Positions 13,999 to 27,213 are shown, counted from the stretch's first letter. The stretch: 64,000 bases of DNA from Antedon mediterranea (GCF_964355755.1 NC_092672.1:25488437-25552436); one strand, 5' to 3'. Numbers and translations are program-made. Notes: generated by a model from the letters alone, not told the origin.

Positions 13999-14462
13999 AT
14001 TTAAAATATTTGACTTGACTTTCTTCGCAGAAAATGCAAGGAAAAAGACGGAATAATCAGTGTTAAAAAAAAACCATTGATTTAGCTAACTTTCCACCGT
14101 CGCGTAGTAGATGCTTGCATCAACATATACGACGCACGATCGACAAGTCAGGATCTGGAAGCTCGCACTAACACCGATTTACGAGTTGCCAAAACCCCAA
14201 GAAAATAACGGATGGTGCGTTGGCGGATAACGATTTGCTGGGGTCTTTCTGGTGTGAAAGCGAGATTCTTCCAACAGAATCGGATGATGAGAACAGTGAC
14301 GAATCAGATACTGTGAGAGCGAAGAAGACGATTAATTACCGAAAACGTGACAAAAACTCAAAGTAGGCTTAAATCAATTTGTTTCCTTTCTTTTTTAATA
14401 GGGTGCTTAAATCAGCGCTAAGTAAACATATTCATAATGATTTATCAGAAAAAAGTAAAAAT

Positions 14463-14503
<41 letters not shown>

Positions 14504-15189
14504 CCTAGGCCTAATTATTATATATCGCTTTACAGACTGCGCAAACAGTTTTTTAAAATTTCATACCGGTACATCTTCGCAAAATGTACATACTAGTAAT
14601 TATTTTTGGGGAAAACATCATGAATATATAGTAAACAAGTAATAATGCCCTTTGATGTACAATACATTTCGATTCCTTCCTTAAATTGTATTTCTGAATG
14701 AATGAATAACAACAGAAAGCTTGCAGTGTGAAGTGAGAGTGTATCAATATTTATAGAGGGCGCTATCACATTGTATGGAAGGTCACTTCTGATGACATGC
14801 AAAAATCACAATTTTCTTTGTTTTTTATATTTATTTGACTTATTTTTTATCAAAATGACTTGTTTTATATGTAATACATAATAATACAATGTAATACAGA
14901 TAATTAATACCATATTCGTATATTTAAAATTCACTTTTTAATACGAACGCAAATATCGACAATGGCGTCTCATTCACTTTTGCCTCATGACGTCATTTCT
15001 CGATGTAAACAAACGACGACAAAAAGAAGAAAAAACTGCGTATAAAAACTTCATTTTCTCCGCAAATCCCAACTTTTACGCGACGCAACGTCAATAAATG
15101 ATCTTTAAATAATGTTTAGAACCTACGGTGAAAATCTCGTTAACTACTAACGTTATACAATGGTGAAGGCGATATTTTAATGGACTATT
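13999..15189. mobile_element. Unclassified ~1.2-kb insertion splitting the Gypsy 3' LTR
   Basis: The LTR sequence stops at GATCTTAT and resumes at TTATTCTAC...CCTACGTGTCCGG; the insert contains (TA)n at ~14466-14501. Confidence 0.7.
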
Positions 15190-15296
15190 ATTCTACGTCC
15201 TACGTGTCCGGTCGTCTTTATTGTGGGGTGCCCTTTGCCTTACTGACGCTGGGTACGTGGAGAGACAAGTGTAAGAAATAATAGAGTTTTATATTA

Positions 15297-16109
15297 CGCC
15301 GTGGCTAAAGATACGGTACCGTATTCTAACTTCTGTTTACTAAAGGTACGGTAAAATTGCATTACGTCATAATCAGCCAATGGGGTGCTGGTACGTGTGT
15401 GACGTCATCGTATAAGGACTTTGGATTTTTTTTCATATCGCGTCTGTTGTTGGTTGTATATGTAGAGAATTCCTATCGGCGGCGCCAGGCTGCGTGGATG
15501 TGTGTGCGCTGCAGATGAGGGTTTTATTTTTATTCAAAATGGCCTATTTAGGCCTATATTTTTTTAAAACTTTGTTTACAATGGTGACCATAAACAACAA
15601 GCAAATGCGGACAATAAAGGGGCCCTTAAATACTATGATTTAGACAGCAGTATAGCCCCAGGGCTGACGAGTCACAGAAATCAGCGCACAGCACACATAT
15701 GCAGCTGGCCACAGCCTGGCATCGCTTTCCCTACACAAACAAACTCATATAATGAGGTTATACATAGTACGTAGTAAGTAGGCCTAGGCCTCTTTTAAAA
15801 CGGTTTTCTCTATTCTAGAATTAAAATCAACATGGATTTTCAATAATAATAACAGACGTAGGCTACATTTAGTTTTTGTCACACACGACGGCGATAATAG
15901 CGATAAATAAAGCATAAAGAAAATGCGGTTGATCACTGTTTTCGCCATACCTCCATGGTTTTCGCGATATGAAAAAAATCCACAAAGTCCTTATACGATG
16001 ACGTCACACACGTACCAGCACCCCATTGGCTGGTTATGACGTAATGCAATTTTACCGTATCTTTAGTAAACAGAAGTTAGAATACGGTACCGTATCTTTA
16101 GCCACAGCG
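15297..16109. mobile_element. Mutator-like foldback non-autonomous element
   Basis: About 145-bp near-perfect TIRs and a 9-bp TSD TTTATATTA on both sides. Confidence 0.85.
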
Positions 16110-16974
16110 TTTATATTAAGGCAAACATTATAATATTTACTATCTTAAATACCGTAATGAAATCTAGCCTATATATTGGTACGGTATATTAGTAAACTTG
16201 CCCCAATTAAGTCTGTTATTATTTATTTTATTATTACACCATGCCAGTCGGGGTTATTATTTTTTCTTTCCAAAAACTACTGTGATAAGCGCTCAAGTAT
16301 TAAACGTATGAAACGCCATATGTGCCAATATGTAAATCTATTACGATTAGGTCGAAACACAGACTACAACCTATACTAAATTACTATAGTAAATTAGATA
16401 TAAATTGATATAGCCTAGTCGTTTTTAAGTTTTCATAACGCGCGACCACTCGATTTGAAAGTCAGTCTGCACCAAAGAGCCGCTTAATTAATTGAAATGT
16501 TTTATATTAAATAATAATTAATATAAAATCTGCATTTACTTAAATTCATTTTTTTTATGAGTATACATAATATAAAACGAACATTAGTCTGATCACAGAA
16601 GCTTCATTTTAAAGTTATGATTTATATTGGAGTAGTTAACCCCCTAGTTAAAAATAATATAATTAACATATTTTGATAACCATGTATTTCTCTCTTTATT
16701 ATTACGTTTCTAATATTTACTATGGTGTAACATAGAAGAGGACACATGTCCGACGGCATGTAGTCCCAATTTTCATGATCACTATGTAGGCCGGTTGACA
16801 GTAAGATATGTTTCGTCATGACAAATATATATCCTAATCTTGCCTATAAAATAATTTAATGTTTATATATTTTATATCATAGCAAAATAAATTTCCTTTT
16901 GGATAATAACGTTGTTTACATTTTAGAATATTTGCCTGATGTTCTCAAAAAGTGCTTGTATTGTAGGCCTAATT

Positions 16975-17479
16975 ATAAAAGCTCGTTCGGGTATTTAATT
17001 TTAAAGTTGTTATGTGGCGGCCGCCACTTAATTATCTGGCGGATGCAAGGCGATCATATGCTACGGAAATTAGCCACTACTACAAATCATAAACACCAAC
17101 CCTTAGCCCAGGTCAAGTCCTATCCAAGCATAATCAAGCCCAAGATAGTGTACATTATACACAATAGGATATATTACCCAAGCATTATCAAGCCCTACCA
17201 ATATAAAGTGTAAATTATAGAAAATAGGAGTGTTTAGAATTGCATTTTCACCAATAGTTTTAGAGCGATTTTGTCGACAAATCTCGCGTCAACATTGTAT
17301 TTGTCATCATATGTCAACGCAAACATACTTGTTGACAAAATACAGACAGATAATTACGTGGCGGCCGCTAAATAATTAAGTGGCGGCCGCCAGATAATTA
17401 ATTGGCGGCCGCCAGATAATTATGTAGCGGCCGCCACAGCTCTTAAAATAAAATTAACGACCTGAACGGGCTTCCGTAC
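16975..17479. mobile_element. MITE-like element with 21-bp GGCGGCCGC-containing subterminal repeats
   Basis: (TGGCGGCCGCCAGATAATTAx)n at 17351-17436, with a degenerate inverted counterpart at ~16975-17042. Confidence 0.55.
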
Positions 17480-17741
17480 CTAATAACGATAGTGACATAA
17501 CATGTTTGAGATAATAAAACTGCAACCAATGACGCTACACCCGATTCATTGGAATATTTGGTATACAACATCACAATGTTTGTTGTTCCCATGTATTATA
17601 TAACGTAACCTACTTTACAATATTTAATCTGATACAGGCACCACAAATTATATTAAGATTCTGTTACCAAATATTCCTATGATGAGGCTCCTAACAAGTG
17701 TGTACGTAAAGATACAGCACTGAAGAACTATGACATAATAT

Positions 17742-17903
17742 ACAAATAATGAATGTTTATGAGTGCAATGGTACAAATAATGGCACGAGGTGAATGATGA
17801 AAGGTTATATCAACGAGGCAAAGCCGAGTTGATATAACCTTTCATCATTCACCAAGTGCCATTATTTGTACCATTACACGAATACAAAACATTCATTATT
17901 TGT
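17742..17903. repeat. Long palindrome (~70-bp arms) centred on GAGGCAAAGCCGAG
   Basis: Arms ATGGTACAAATAATGGCAC..GGTGAATGATGAAAGGTTATATCAAC and their reverse complement. Confidence 0.85.
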
Positions 17904-18361
17904 TTTATATAACATCTAGACGTTTTTTTTTCGTACACAAAAATGTTTCAAAAAGTACTATTTAACGATCGTTGAATAGTGCGTACTATTGCACGCCATG
18001 TGACCCACATTCGTCCAATCAAATGACAGGAATTTATATAGGTGTTATATAATATGTACTATTATAGTAAATAAAATTCATTTCAGCATAATAATCATTT
18101 TCAGATGAGTCTATGCTATTTATGTTAATATATACTTATAGATTTAGCTGTGAGTGGTTGGGTATAATAAAGTTCATGTAAATAGCAACAATCACAGATA
18201 ATAATTCTTTATCTTAGCATATAGATCAATGCACTCTCAGGCATTATGATTCACCAATTAATAATAAACTCAAACAATGTTTGAACAACGGTGTGTGTTT
18301 AATTTGACGGTACAAGCTTACCCGATGACCGAATATATTCACGTGACTTGAATGAGCCAGC

Positions 18362-21300
18362 ATGGAAGGACTAGGATTTAGCTGTAAACTTCTAAAATTT
18401 AACTCTGATAATAAACGTCTTTTTGTAACGTCACAGGTAAGTCATTGTCAATATATTTCAGAATGGAATTGTACAAACGCGTTAATGTAGCACCTAATAA
18501 GTTATCTTTTGGGTTTACGGCAATGATTTTAGGGTTGTTTTAGGGTTTAATATCCCTTTTTATATTTGGTGACCACTGTCATAATTTGGCCATAATCCCA
18601 CGACCTAAAGTGGTCCAATTGAGATCCTGATCCGGATTTGCATACACAATTTAAGGTATTCTTCAGTATACCTTTCAGGGATTTGAATTTAGAGAAAGAT
18701 CCGTCTTGTAGCCTAGTTTGACCTACGGCCTAAACTTAGTAAACTAATAACACATAAAACATTATCTGTTCAGTTTTCAGCTCTCAACCCGCATATTTTT
18801 AACATCTGGCGTCTTATTATAACTCTTTATTTTGTTGGATTTAATGCCTGGTACATCCCGTCTTCAGTGACTGATTTTGGAGGGAGTTTTTTCATCTACC
18901 TTACCAACTGGACATTCATTGTGGTCACGTGTTATCTTTTGGTAGCGTCGTACAATAGTGGCGTGTATTATTATTTCGTCTTCCGACGTAGAGAAGGTTT
19001 GTATTATTTCTTTTCTGAAATATTTATCTGATATCCTATTTTACCATACGGTTGCTGTAATTGATAGTTATGAATAACAGGAGCAACGCTGTTGATTGGA
19101 AGCATGAGTCCTTGGATTTAGCCAATGAGCTAGCCGTTACGCCAGTTACGGCGGCATTTGACTACTGCACCATTATTAGTAGAGCAGTTAATGACATGAG
19201 CTGTGCATTTTATTACCAAAGCATGAAACTTGGCACAAAGTTTCTTTGATGTATATAGATTCAAAATATCGGGGGGTGCCAAGTGTCCAACGTCCGGTAT
19301 GGCGGCCATCTTGATTTCAAAATGGCCACCATAAAAACAAAAAATGTTCATATCTTGGCAACTATACACATTAGACACTTAATTCTGGTCTCAAATTGTT
19401 CACAAACTATATATTTCTATTTGCTCTAATGAAAAGTTTCATCCAAAAATGACCGGAAATGACGTTTCTTATAGTTTGACCTTTGACCTCGTATTTGTAT
19501 ATCTCTGTAACTACTGGTCATTTTCAATCGATTTTGGTGTCATTTTGTTCAGAATAAATACATTTATATTTGTAGTAATGAAACATTTTCACATAAAATG
19601 ACCAGAAATACAATTTATGACCTTTGACATTAATTTATTGATTTTTAATTATGTGAATATACTGTAGGTGGTTTTTGTTGGTCTAAAGTGCACCTAATTT
19701 TGAACTTTAACCTGATAGGCGTAATTATATTAAATGATTAATGGACTTAAATTGTATATAGTACATAAAATTGGTAAACATTGTGCTTGGTGGTACCATT
19801 AGTTCAATGATGTTGGCACCTTCTGATTCGCTAAAAGTTTTAATAGTTTGACAGAGGAAATAACATACATGTTATTGAATACCGTAAAACCTCGAAAAGG
19901 TGATAGTATGAGCTTCTTTTCGAGACAGACTGTATTTGATTGTCAAATGAATATAGTATGATGGGGTGGATGATCGTGTTTATATCAATATATTATTAAT
20001 GACCTTACAAAGAACCCTTTCTATTTCAACAATTAAGCCATAGTTATTCTACAATTTATTGTTTTCCAAGTGGTAGGCCTATTTTGATTGCATCTTATTT
20101 TTGTATGCTTCCTCGGTTAATATGGTCCTAACCCTCCTTCTTTGTCTGTAGATGATCTTATCTGTGTGGATGGTCTTTACCCGCTTCTGTGTCTGTTGAT
20201 GGTATTATTACACCCCTTTCTTTATGTGTGGATGGTCTTACACCCATTTCTTTGTCTGTAGATGGTCTTACACCCCTTCTTTGTCTGTGGATGGTCCTAC
20301 ACTCCCTTCTTTGTCTGTGGATGGTCCTACACCCCTTCTTTTTCTGTGGATGGTCCTACACCCCCTTCTTTGTCTGTGGATAGTCTTATGCACCCTTCTT
20401 TGTCTGTGGATGGTCTTACACCCCTTTCTTTGTCAGTGGACGGTCTTATACCCCTTTCTTTGTCTGTGGATGGTCTTATACCCCCTTCTGTGTCTGTTGA
20501 TGGTATTACACCCCTTTCTTTGTCTGTTGATGGTATTAAACCCCTTTCTTTGTGTGTGGATGGTCTTATATCCCCTTCTTTGTCTGTGGATGGTCTTCTC
20601 CCCTTGTTTGTCTGTGGATGGTCCTACACCCCCTTCTTTGTCTGTGGATGGTCTTACACCCCTTATTTGTCTGGGGATGGTCTTATACCCTCTTCTTTGT
20701 CTGTAAGTGGTCCTATACCCCTTTCTTTGTCAGTGGATGGTCTTGCACCCCCTTCCTTATCTGTGGATGGTCCTATACCCCTTTTTTTGTCAGTGGATGG
20801 TCTTATACCCCCTTCTTTATCTGTGGACGGTCCTACATCCCCTTCTTTGTCTTTAGATGGCCTTACACCCCTTTCTTTGTCTGTGGATGGTCTTATACCT
20901 CCTTCTTTGTGTATGGATGGTCTTACACCCCCTTCTTTGTCTGTGGATGGTCTTACACCCCCTTTTTTGTCTGTGGATGGTCTTATACCCTCTTCTTTGT
21001 ATGTGGATGGTCTTACAACCCCTTCTTTGTCTGTGGATGGTCTTACACCCCCTTCTTTGTCTGTGGATGGTCTTACACCCCCTTCTTTGTCTGGACCTAC
21101 TACTTTGATTGATTAAATTAGACATTGTTTCTTGTATGATTAGGAAACCAAGACCTTTAAAGTGAAAGTCCACAGGTGGATGCCTAAACAGGTCTTGTAC
21201 AGAACAGTATATTGTAGGTCCATGTCACTAATTTGAGGATTACTTGAATAATTATATTGAGATGTCTTTTACGAATTGATTTAGTTCGGATTTTGCTAAA

Positions 21301-23154
21301 AAAACAATGACTAGAGAAAATCGAGGAAAAGGATTCAGATGAAAGGTTTACAGCAAAGGCCCATTACCATAAAAATGGAGTACATTTTTTTAGATGCAAC
21401 GAAAAAACGATTGACACATCACAGTTTAGCAAACATGTCGGCATAGATGAGCTCAGTGATCTGTCATACTTTATGCCTATCCTATCACATCAAAAGTTAA
21501 AAATTCAGAATAATAATTCCGTGTCATTTATTTCGGTAAAAAAATTAGGTGCATTTATACCAATTTAACCACATACAGTATGTTCACATAATTATATATG
21601 TATTGTCAGAGGTTATAAATTGTATTTCCAGTCATTTTATGTGAAAATGTTTCATTACTATAAATATAAATGTCTTTATTCTGAACAAAATGACACCAAA
21701 ATCAGTAGTTACTGAGATATACAGATAAGAGGTCAAAGGTCAAACTGGAAGAAACCTAATTTCCGGTCATTTTTGTACGAAACTTTTCATTAGAGCAAAT
21801 AGAAATATGTGGTTTGTGAACAATTTAACACCAGAATCAAGTCTCTACTGTTTATAGTTGCCAAGATATGAACACTTTTTGTTTTTATGGTGGCCATTTT
21901 GAAATCAAGATGGCCGCCATACCAGACTTTGGACACTTGGCACCCCCCGATATTTTGAATCTATATACATCAAAGAAACTTTGTGGAAAGTTTCATGCTT
22001 TGGTAATAAAGTGCACAACTTGGCTATTTTTATGGCGTTAACTGCTCTACTATATTCATAAAGATCCGTGCTGAGGCATTTCAGTTGACATTTCATTGCT
22101 AATTCAACAAAGCGGCGTGGCGAGGCATTTATTTGCCGCGTATATAGGAAATTCACAGCGAAAATTTCCAATAAAGCACATCAATGAAACATTGAAGCTC
22201 GTTGGACATTTAAAAACTGTTCCACGTTTTAGAAGCACCTGTGCTCAATATCTTTTTTTTCTATCAAATAAATTAAGGCAGAATCTTAAATAGGCATGAT
22301 AATAGATTATATTGTATGTTAACAAATTGCAGCTGACCTATTTTCTAAATTTAACTGAACCTAACCCTCTAAATAATCTCTCTCAACTAATCATCAGCTA
22401 CTACTACGTGCGCTCTCTTCTTACCCAGCCTACGCCCCTGATGCTAGCACCACACACGCTCTCAATGTATGCTATAATTATTCTCATGAATCATTCACCA
22501 GTTCTGCCTTAAAAATTACAATAAAAAAATGCAACCTAGGCCGGTAAATTCTCAAAACCTTAAACGTTGGCAGGAGTAGGCCTTAGTTTTACATATTATG
22601 GCCATAATATGCACGTGTTTTTATATTTTCCAGATAATAGCCTACTTGTACCAGAACCTTCTGAAGAAATACAGTTACCATTCAAATATAAGTTACAATG
22701 GTTTCTATTTTACATCTCAGTTAACTTTTCAATTATTGTCACCGTCGTTTATTGGGCAGCTCTATATTCTGCTGACTCTGATTCTCTTTTCATTGATCTC
22801 AACGTACATACGCTAACGTCATTGGTTGGCGTCGTAGAAACGTTCTTGTCAGCTACACCTGTACGTTTAATTCATGTGGCATACCCCCTCTGCTATGGAT
22901 CAATCTATCTATTTTTTACAGTCATTTATTGGGCAGCGGGTGGTACCGATTCGGCTGGTAACCCGTATATCTATCCGATAATTGACTATGAGAACAACCC
23001 CGTTAATGCCGTGTTCTCTATACTTGGTTGTGCCGCTGGTGTTTTTGTTTGTCAGGCATTAATTTGGTTAATTTACAATTTAAGACTTAAGATAGCACGT
23101 AAATTTATTATTAGCGAACGACCGGAAGAAAGTGGCCTACATCAGACTCTATGA
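18362..23154 (+). CDS. Rolling stone-like membrane protein, copy 1 (~272 aa)
   Basis: Exons 18362-18436, 18774-18996 and 22634-23154 are in frame. Motifs FIYLTNW, VTVVYW, DLNVH and YIYPIIDY are typical of rost/AIG1/FAR-17a-like proteins. Confidence 0.88.
19179..22050. mobile_element. Non-autonomous DNA transposon with ~440-bp TIRs in intron 2 of rost-like copy 1
   Basis: GTAGAGCAGTTAA...TTAACTGCTCTAC flanked by TA; 19179-19625 is the reverse complement of ~21610-22050. Confidence 0.85.
20131..21093. repeat. 30-bp minisatellite (CCCCTTCTTTGTCTGTGGATGGTCTTACAC)n
   Basis: About 32 tandem copies, inside the TIR element. Confidence 0.95.
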
Positions 23155-23413
23155 TACTTTTAACACTCGGTTCAAATGTTCAACTTTAAAAAAGTTTTAT
23201 ACTAGAAAAACGATTTTAATCGCTTCGGATATACACCAGTACTCTGGACGCACCTTCATTCAAGAAGTGTGCGTCTGTTTGAAAAGTGTAGCTTCCAAAT
23301 AAATCATTATATCATTATTACTAGTAAGACGACCTGAATAACTATAACACTGTAAAACAGCAGGGGCCTAAATGATTAGCATATTTATTGATGTATTCTG
23401 ATGCAAACAAAGT

Positions 23414-24193
23414 TTAACCGTTTAGTTAGGCTATGTTTCAATTGCTACCAGTTTCAGTTTAAACGGATTAACGATAATAATAGCTTAACCGTTTAGTTAG
23501 GCTATGTTTCAATTGCTACCAGTTTCAGTTTAAACGGATTAACGATAATAATAGCTTAACCGTTTAGTTAGGCTATGTTTCAATTGCTAACAGTTTCAGT
23601 TTAAACTGATTAACGATAATAATAGCTTAACCGTTTAGTTAGGCTATATTTCAATTGCTACCAGTTTTCAGTTTAAACGGATTAACGATAATAATAGATT
23701 TACCGTTTAGTTAGGCTATGTTTCAATTGCTACCAGTTTCAGTTTAAACGGATTAACGATAATAATAGCTTAACCGTTTAGTTAGGCTATGTTTCAATTG
23801 CTACCAGTTTCAGTTTAAACGGATTAACGATAATAATAGCTTAACCGTTTAGTTAGGCTATGTTTCAATTGCTACCAGTTTCAGTTTAAACGGATTAACG
23901 ATAATAATAGCTTAACCGTTTAGTTAGGCTATGTTTCAATTGCTAACAGTTTCAGTTTAAACGGATTAACGATAATAATAGCTTAACCGTTTAGTTAGGC
24001 TATGTTTCAATTGCTACCAGTTTCAGTTTAAACGGATTAACGATAATAATAGCTTAACCGTTTAGTTAGGCTATGTTTCAATTGCTAACAGTTTCAGTTT
24101 AAACGGATTAACGATAATAATATCTTAACCGTTTAGGTAGGCTATGTTTCAATTGCTAACAGTTTCAGTTTAAACGGATTAACGATAATAATA
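23414..24193. repeat. 71-bp tandem repeat, ~11 copies
   Basis: Unit TTAACCGTTTAGTTAGGCTATGTTTCAATTGCTACCAGTTTCAGTTTAAACGGATTAACGATAATAATAGC; copies nearly identical. Confidence 0.95.
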
Positions 24194-25524
24194 ACAATAG
24201 AAAATACTTAATTTGTGAATGTAAAGATTTGGAAGTAGGTTTAGAATATGCGAAGAATTAGGCCTACATAATCTGGTATTACAGACATTAATACCAACCT
24301 ACCAGCAAGATATTATTATAGTGATAACATATCAACGTTTAAAAAAGAATAACGCTAAACTTCACTAAAAAAAGTATTTTTTAAATTAGAGGTGTTCGTC
24401 AATACTGTATTTAGATTTAGTTGCGAAACTTCATATAGAATTGAAAAAAAAGTTCATAGAATTATAAAATGTAAACAAACGTTGGTTGATTAAATAAATA
24501 TAAATACAAAACTATGAAAATCTGCAAACGACTTTAAAATCTATGTTTAAACCTAAACAACTTTGTGTTTAGGAAAACAGTGGCGAACTTGAGTCTTAAC
24601 AAAATAAAACCAAATTCTAAAACGGTTTATATATTTCCTGATAGATTGATATTATACTGTACTATTTATATGAGAGAAATGTTTTGTAATGCCAATTAAA
24701 TATCTTAACTCTTGCCCACATGGTCTATCCAACATAATATGTGGTACGGTAGATTATATTCCATGTTGGTTGTAGTCATGGCTGTTTAACATAGATAATA
24801 TTATTATTATTGATATTATTATTATTATCAAAGACGTTATTACTTTTAAAAACTTGCTTGTTTTTTAAATAGAGTTTTTAAATATTTGCATTGGTACTTT
24901 TGAGTCCGCCACGAAAATAGAAATTTTGATATTAAAGCATATAATAAGATTATTATTTTTAAAAAGGTATGTTGAATTTTGTGCTGTAAATTTGTTTAAA
25001 AAAACATTTTAAACGATTAATATTGATATTATTATTAAATCCATTCTTACGACTTTTAACAACCTACTTGTTATATTTTTTAACTATTTTTTCATTGCTA
25101 TTTTTTAATCATCCAGAATAAGAAATTAGTGAATTTTGATATTAAAACATCTTAGAATCTTTCTGTAACGTTTATTTATTTTATTTTCATTTTATTTAGA
25201 GAGGGTAACCCTTGCAGCTTAACCCACATCCAGGGGCCCTCTTTAAAATGATAAGATATAAACATCTATTTATAAATCTTTATAATAGGCCTATATAATA
25301 AAGTATAAAAAACATTGAACAAATGATGATAGAATAATTATGTGATTGTTTATAATATTATAACATTAAACGATATTCAGCAAAATATATTAGTGATTGG
25401 CTAAAATTTGTAAATGTGACTATATTAAAACACGTCATCATAAAACCACCAATGACCAAGTTTATAATACTGTACCGTAGTTGTCCACATTATCTATAAC
25501 GATTTTATAAGATAATTAATTGTG

Positions 25525-26195
25525 ATAGTCAAATGGACGAGCGGTTAAGGCAGGGGCGCCGTTTACCGTACCTAAAGAGTTAACAACATCGGCAGGGGTT
25601 CGAGGCCGACTCGCTCCTAGTTCTGGTGGTGGAAGTACAAGTCTTCTCGGATAAAGACTATAAACAGTAGGTCCAGTGTATACAGTTATAACCTGTGTGT
25701 ACTTTAAAGATACTTTGTCCCCCTAAAAAAATATTTTTTTAAATTTTTTGGTTGAATATGTTATTTTAATGTCACATAATAGTTATTCACTGTCACAAAA
25801 AATTGGGTCTGAAAAAAATTTGTTTACCTGAGAAAAATGTAATTTAAAGCAAAAAATTGTCAAATTGTCTGGAAGACAATGAATTTTTGGGTAATTTAAC
25901 TGTTTATTTTGTCTTTTTATAGGTGAAATAATTTTTTCCCCCATTTTTTTTCTTATGGAAGTGAACCATTTCATTAAAACTGCAAAATGGCCTATTCAAA
26001 GTCCGATTTAAAAAATCTTTATTTGTCATGATTTTGGGGGACAATACATCTTTAAAGAACCCAGTTCATTATTCGAAAAGAGTAGGGGGTTACCCCGGTG
26101 AACTGGTTCACAAAATAGCCCCTGCCAATTACCACCTATCTGATAGGAAAGTGATCAATTAACTATTAGTAATCCTTGGCCACATTGCCTAAAGA
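25525..26195 (+). mobile_element. tRNA-derived SINE with Deu/Nin-like core, interrupted by a MITE
   Basis: A box TGGACGAGCGG, B box GGTTCGAGGCC, core TTAAAGAACCC...CGAAAAGAGTAGGGGG..CCCCGGTG; a second copy lies at 44225-44440. Confidence 0.7.
25708..26051. mobile_element. Kolobok-type MITE
   Basis: TTAA TSD; TIR AGATACTTTGTCCCCC / GGGGGACAATACATCT. Confidence 0.8.
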
Positions 26196-26329
26196 CATTA
26201 AATAAATAAATAAAAATAAAAAATAAATAATATATATTGACATATGCCATTTATACCAGTAGACCTCGTCAAAACGTCGAGATATAAAACTAAAAACAAA
26301 TGGAAATTCCTTTTAGCATAATCATTTAA

Positions 26330-26875
26330 AGATGTATTGTCCCTTTGACTAATTCCAAAAAAATAAAAAATAAAAGATTTCGAAAAAAGGTGGGTCATTT
26401 TGAAGTATCATAATAGTTATTAACTATCACCAAAAATTTTTCATAAAAAAAAAAAATTAACTGAAATACAGACGTTTTTTTGTTAAAAAAATAACTTTGA
26501 CTTCCAGTCAAAGTTTTCAATCAAAACATATCCCATAATGAAACGCGCTTGTTTGGCTACTCTGTATGCATAATCATAAAACTTCCTCATGATCTGTGTG
26601 AAAATACCTTCTTAACCGTGACGAGTTGTAAACAATCCTAATTTAGCATATGCATAATGCGTACTCATGGTTTGAAATCTTTGTTTACTTTACTCGTGAC
26701 GATTTTCCAGATGAAATGTAATCAAACTAATTTACCTGTTAATTACGTAAACTTGTTGTTTTCGGCTTAAATTTTCGACTAAAAGTGAATAACTTTAATA
26801 TTACTTTGATATGGCCACTTTAAATTTAGAATATTTTGACCTTTATTTTTTTGTGTTTAAAGGGACAATACATCT
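26330..26875. mobile_element. Kolobok-type MITE
   Basis: TTAA TSD; perfect TIR AGATGTATTGTCCCTTT / AAAGGGACAATACATCT. Confidence 0.85.
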
Positions 26876-27213
26876 TTAATGTTAGATCCAAAGTTCATTT
26901 ACTTCCGGCTATTAATGTTAATATAATAGACCTACCTGCATATAATACTTGTATTGTGAAGGCAGATTCAATTTACGCCACGAGTGGTGGTGAATAATAA
27001 TGGTTTATGTAAATAGCGGAAGCAATAATACAAACAATGATCATGCATATCTCCACGTATAAACCTAATGTTTCAAGTTATGGTTATAAAGCTAAACAAT
27101 GTTTGAACAGCTATGTGAGTGTTTATCATAACGATACGAACCTACTAGGACCCCGAGTGCCGAATTTAGTAGGTGAATTAAAGATACCAGTTTGTCACCT
27201 GACTTGAGCCAAC

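Larger units (their letters stand above)
9781..15248 (+). mobile_element. Degenerate Gypsy-type LTR retrotransposon
   Basis: 5' LTR 9781-9937; PBS TGGTGGCAGC 9938-9947 (tRNA-Leu-like); PPT GAAAAGAGAAAAAAA 13881-13895; 3' LTR 13896-13998 plus 15190-15248, split by an insertion. Domain order is PR-RT-RH-IN. Confidence 0.9.

Noticed and set aside
20189-21173. Long ORFs in several frames (up to 284 aa)
   Set aside because: Products of a 30-bp minisatellite inside an intronic transposon; no splice or start context supports a gene.
23414-24193. Regular repeats here and at 57017-59250 and 61361-63342 considered as CRISPR arrays
   Set aside because: Units are contiguous with no unique spacers, there are no cas genes, and the context is eukaryotic.
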